Position numbers and translations under genes: made by a program | Shown here: piece by piece, positions 59,567 to 64,000 of the stretch | Layout: each line of letters begins with the position of its first letter | Numbering within the stretch: position 1 is the first letter of the stretch | Notes under the pieces: generated by a model | Seen by the model: the letters and a program-made list of their open reading frames with translations, nothing else | What the model was told of the DNA's origin: nothing | The model's database searches: none | From: Neoechinorhynchus agilis | Lineage: Eukaryota; Animalia; Acanthocephala | NCBI GenBank assembly: GCA_051530055.1 | Contig: JBMGUZ010000007.1 | Coordinates: 19,178-83,177, forward strand | Reading direction: 5' to 3' | DNA: 64,000 bases

Positions 59567-61530
59567 TGGGAGGAAGGTTGGCTAGCTGAAGGGTTATCTT
59601 CTTATTCAGCTTACACTTTTTAACAATAGTAGCCATAGTTACTCAGAACTTTTTTAAAATCTAACTTTTATTCTGATTGGCTAACGCATATTTTACTGGC
59701 ATAATCAATGTTTCGGTAATTTCCTTCCGCAATACTAAATCTGTACTATAAGTCACGTGTCGACGATAGAGTGTGGATCAAATCAGTGAGCTCCGACCAG
59801 CAACTCTTTGGGTTTATCTCAAACAATTTCAATGTGGACGGTGTTGAAATTATCCAAAATACGAATTTACGTCCATTGCGGGATGCACTGACTGTTAGTA
59901 GTTACTTTCATTCAAATTAGGTCACTCATAATGATTATTATCATTTTCCACGATGTTAGACTTACCAACAATGTGGACGCTGATTTCAAAAATGCGATAA
60001 AAACGCAATCATTTGCCCGAATCGATCACAAAACCACCGCATCGCGAATTTTCCTAGATCAGTTGAGAGCTGCTCTAAATGCGAACAAACAGGACACTTC
60101 GCATTATCTAAGTCATGCCCGGGGTTCAGGAACCCTCGCCCATCATTCCTCGCCGCTCTGAATTCGACCCATCGTACCATGCAGTCCTCCATCAGAGGCA
60201 AAAATCTTAACATTTTTATTACTGGTATACCGGAATCCTCCCGTTGCAGATCCTGTCATCGTTGATGCACACAACCGCCAGCAAATTTTTCCTAGTGGTC
60301 AACTCCTTTTCCTCGACATTCACTCTATTATTCCTCCCCATCAACAGTCCAAAAATCCCTTTAACCCGAGAATACGTCTCCTCAAAGGAATTTTTAATTC
60401 ACCACTCGTAGCCTCCCTCTTTCCTAACAGGAGATACAAGCTCCTTACTTCACAACTTTCTTTTCGTATCTACCATATAAGAACTCATCATCGAATCCTT
60501 CCATTCACTCCTGGTTCGCCCCAAGTTTCACACAAATTCGTTCATCCTTTGATCTATGCGGATGATGTGTTCTTATCAAAAGAAGGCTGAGATAGTTGAT
60601 ATTATAACTAAAAGTTAACGTAATACCATAAGCAATATTTTATCAATGACTAATCTGCTTTTAAACAATGATAAATCAGTGATTTTTCCACTAAACGACT
60701 CTTGTGTTTCTCTATACTTTTAATAAAACTGAAAGCTAATCCTGAGTTAGGATCGCTGAATTTTGAAACATCAAGAAGGATCTTCGGCAACAAAATAACT
60801 CTTTTCGAGGTTTCTTACTTAAACTAAAAGCTCTTACCTTTAGACTCTCAAGATTGAGGTTAGCATGAATAAGTCATGCAAAATAATATTTTGCAAAGAA
60901 CAGAGTAACACTGCCAAAATATTGTCATTCTAACAATAAGATTATATTAATTTTAGAAATAACATTATCGATTAGTAAATAGGTTATCCTCGACGATGTC
61001 ACAAAGGATTGGATACCTCAGATATAATCAGGAATGAGCAAAAATTTGCGGCGAAGGATACTTCGGAACAACTGCTAGAGCTTTGTTATTTCAATTCTTG
61101 TCATTGTTTATAACTATGCTAATATATCCTTCCCGAAATGCTGTTTTGAGCAGAATGATGGTATTGAGGTGGAGATCCTCACTTTAACGCTTACAGCTCG
61201 AACATTTACTCCAATCATCAACGATACCGAATGCAAGTAAAGCAAATAAAAACCATTCGCTTAAACTTATCACAATTTGCATGTCGCGATTTTTCTAAGT
61301 CGAAAATGGCGATAATAGAATTGTGGCCATTTTCAAAGCACAGGAAGGTTACAAGTGGTTCTCCTCTGTTCGAGCTCCTTGATATTCTTTAAAGAAATCG
61401 CAAATTCAGCGAGTTTATGCAAACAAGTGAATATTATTTGTAAAAAATAGTCTGGAAGGAGTACAGAGTCTTTTTGAATAAGAAACCTTAGCCCATCGCA
61501 CAATCGGAAAACAATATAAAGTTTTATTGG

Positions 61531-62607
61531 CTAAAATTCGTCAAATAAGCTACCGTATGGGTCAATAGGTGGATTTTTCAAGGAGACGAGCGGTGACTTC
61601 GGTTTGTTTCCGGTCAGATTAATAGCAGGTTTATAGATCATGGCAACCTTTCGTTGGAACAGATTCCACCAGTCAATCACTTTAAAGAATTTATGAGCTT
61701 TCATCTGATCGATTCCACCTTTTCCGCATCCATATCGCCTATCTGGATTAATTTTCAAAAGTCCGACGACGAGATCCTTGAGCTCGGATGAGAAATGTTC
61801 AGGAACTTTAAACCTCCCGGATTGAGCTTTAGCCATGATCCTCATTCCATCTGATGCCACAAACGGTGTGTAACCTGCATTGAGCTCGTAGGACAAAACG
61901 CCAAGAGACCACCAATCGCAACTTGTTGTATATCCAAGTCGTCCGGAAACTTCTGGGGCCATGTATTCTGGAGTTCCACAAATAGTTATTGCTCTCTCAT
62001 TCAGGAATTTAGCGAATCCGAAGTCCGTTACTTTGACATAGCCACTGTCTTCTACCAAAATATTCTCAGCTTTGATATCCCTATGAGTAACATTAATTCG
62101 ATGCAAGTAATCGAAGACGAGAACAATCTGTGCTATAATCAATCTACTTTCGTCTTCATTAAATCTTCGTTTTGAACGCAAATGTTCGTACAAATCACCG
62201 GTCGGAATTAACTTCATTACAATGTACAAATGGCCACTGTCCTTATAGGATCCCAAGAAGTCGACAATATTTGAATGAAATATACTGCTTAGCATTGCTT
62301 TTTCGTAGATGGTTCGCTTCGTTTGCCTCGTATGGACAAGATATTTCTTCTCAAAAATTTTGACGGCAAAGTGGTCGTGATCTTTGGTACCAACAGCGAC
62401 TAAACCAAAAGCACCTCGACCAATGGTCGTTTGAAGGACAATATCACTGGTGTCGAAATTTGGAGACGGCGAAGGTTTATTGAATTTATGGCGAAAATAC
62501 ATGCTAGCGTAAGTGTAAAAGCTGTCGAAGCTCACAAAAAGCCTCCAATCACGAACTTCATTTGGAATCATTGACATCAGATGATCTCTGTGAGGTGAAG
62601 CTAACAA
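61531..62607 (-). CDS. Divergent PKA catalytic-subunit-like AGC kinase, intronless, copy 2
   Basis: Seven nucleotide differences from copy 1. Confidence 0.92.
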   Translation of the reverse strand: MLASPHRDHLMSMIPNEVRDWRLFVSFDSFYTYASMYFRHKFNKPSPSPNFDTSDIVLQTTIGRGAFGLVAVGTKDHDHFAVKIFEKKYLVHTRQTKRTIYEKAMLSSIFHSNIVDFLGSYKDSGHLYIVMKLIPTGDLYEHLRSKRRFNEDESRLIIAQIVLVFDYLHRINVTHRDIKAENILVEDSGYVKVTDFGFAKFLNERAITICGTPEYMAPEVSGRLGYTTSCDWWSLGVLSYELNAGYTPFVASDGMRIMAKAQSGRFKVPEHFSSELKDLVVGLLKINPDRRYGCGKGGIDQMKAHKFFKVIDWWNLFQRKVAMIYKPAINLTGNKPKSPLVSLKNPPIDPYGSLFDEF

Positions 62608-63119
62608 ACAAGTAGAAAGTCAGCTTTAGTTGATTCGTTGCCATGACTGCAAAAAGTTTTTATTCTTCAAAAAAAAGCAGAGAAATTTTGTCGTTCATGT
62701 AAAAATTATTAATAGAGTTTAAAGACGATAAAATTGTTGGGTCAAGGAACTATACGTCGCGTTATTATAATAAAATTAATTAGCTATTTTTAACAGAGTT
62801 TTTTTTGAATGTGAGATTTATTGGAAATTGGCAACTTCATCGATGTTCAGCACAATGACCAAGCGCCATGGTGCAGTACAGCGAAGACGCCAAAGGTCAA
62901 TAATCAAGAAGCACAGCGAAAACGTGGCATTTAAATTGATGATTCCTTTACAAAGCGGGTAACCTACTGAATTGAGTTTGCACGATATCAGGAGGATCCA
63001 GAATTTGTGTTACTCAAGAAAGGAGAAGCGGAACAATAATCGTTCAAGGAATCGATTGGGGGGATAACCGATTCTGAAGATAAAAATATATCAGTGAAAA
63101 GTTCACTAGTGCCGTTTTT

Positions 63120-63312
63120 TAAACGGCAAAAATTTTAAATAAAAGGACCACGGAAAAAGTAGGGATACTGCATCGCCCGACTCAGTTGGGCTGCTGTACA
63201 CCTTGTGGCACAGGGGCGATTGCTAATTCACTCCGCACGTTCATCACCGAAAACTCAAAGCCGAGCGTGATCTTGAAATGTGATTTCAAAAATGCATTCA
63301 ACACTGTTCCCT
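63120..63312 (+). mobile_element. CRE-clade RT fragment
   Basis: Near-identical to 30066-30258 (QLGCCTPCG, LKCDFKNAFN). Confidence 0.85.
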
Positions 63313-63468
63313 TATTGTAAAGAAATTAATCATTATTGTTTCAATTTCAATTAGCGACATTCACTCAGAAATAGATTTATATTGAAAATTTTCGGCCTTT
63401 TCGTTGGCCTTCTTCAGTCAGATCTACAATTTAAAAGAAACATTATCAATTAGTTTATCCGGTGGGAC

Positions 63469-64000
63469 TCATAGATTGAGTTTATAGTTAGCTTTGTTGC
63501 CAACAAAAGTATCTGTTTGCTGGATCATGATGGCTTCCATGGTCACTCTGTCGCGCCTTACATCAATCCTCGCAAGAACTTCGACGCCGTCAAAATTGAT
63601 CTCATGCCCATTGTCATTGATGTGGGACACTATTGCGGAGCTCACATCAGAATTCTCGATAGCTGCTCTTCTGTGTTCAGCAATCCTTCTTTTTAGATTG
63701 TTCGTTTGTCCCACATATGGCAGACTGCAATTCGAGGACACATCCAGCTGGAAGATCTTCATTCTTCGGTCGGAGTATTCCTTTCAGAGTCCTGCCCTTC
63801 CTAATATGGAGACGATACCCTCGTGCACTCCGTTGGAGTTCTCTTTGTTGTAGATCCAATTTAATTCATATTTCAGTAGTACCTCATCCGAACAGTACCG
63901 AAATGCTCTGATGTACATCGACCTGACTCTTGCCAATTTGTATCTGATCGGTTGCGCAGAGATCCATGGGACCACCATATGTGGAACACCTTGCTTCCTA
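63469..64000 (-). mobile_element. Penelope-like element 3' end (RT C-terminus plus GIY-YIG endonuclease), frameshifted
   Basis: CSLPYVGQT..RRIAEH, SAIVSH..NGH, EAIMI; upstream YIRAFRYCS..EL..I..GY. Confidence 0.85.

Overview
Eukaryotic, repeat-rich animal DNA. The 18S copy is a fast-evolving bilaterian type; from memory it resembles acanthocephalan/syndermatan 18S, which I could not verify. Bases 1-44823 form a giant palindrome: arms 1-20062 and 24439-44823 around a 4.4-kb spacer of LINE and Gypsy remnants. Each arm carries RPL7A, PHAX, a truncated LRR gene, an unknown ORF, and L2-like and CRE-clade retroelement debris. Each arm also carries three copies of a ~256-bp non-coding mobile unit with a complete hammerhead ribozyme core. 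Its three strands lie in a non-circularly permuted order (GAAA strand, CUGAUGA strand, UH strand); this is the most striking observation. Beyond the palindrome are a mitochondrial-type thioredoxin, four genes of a secreted six-cysteine peptide family, a doubly deleted rDNA pseudo-unit, two intronless divergent PKA-like kinases in a tandem segmental duplication, and the 3' end of a Penelope-like element. All calls were made by eye with no database searches. The palindrome and its 325-nt poly-T could be amplification or assembly artefacts.
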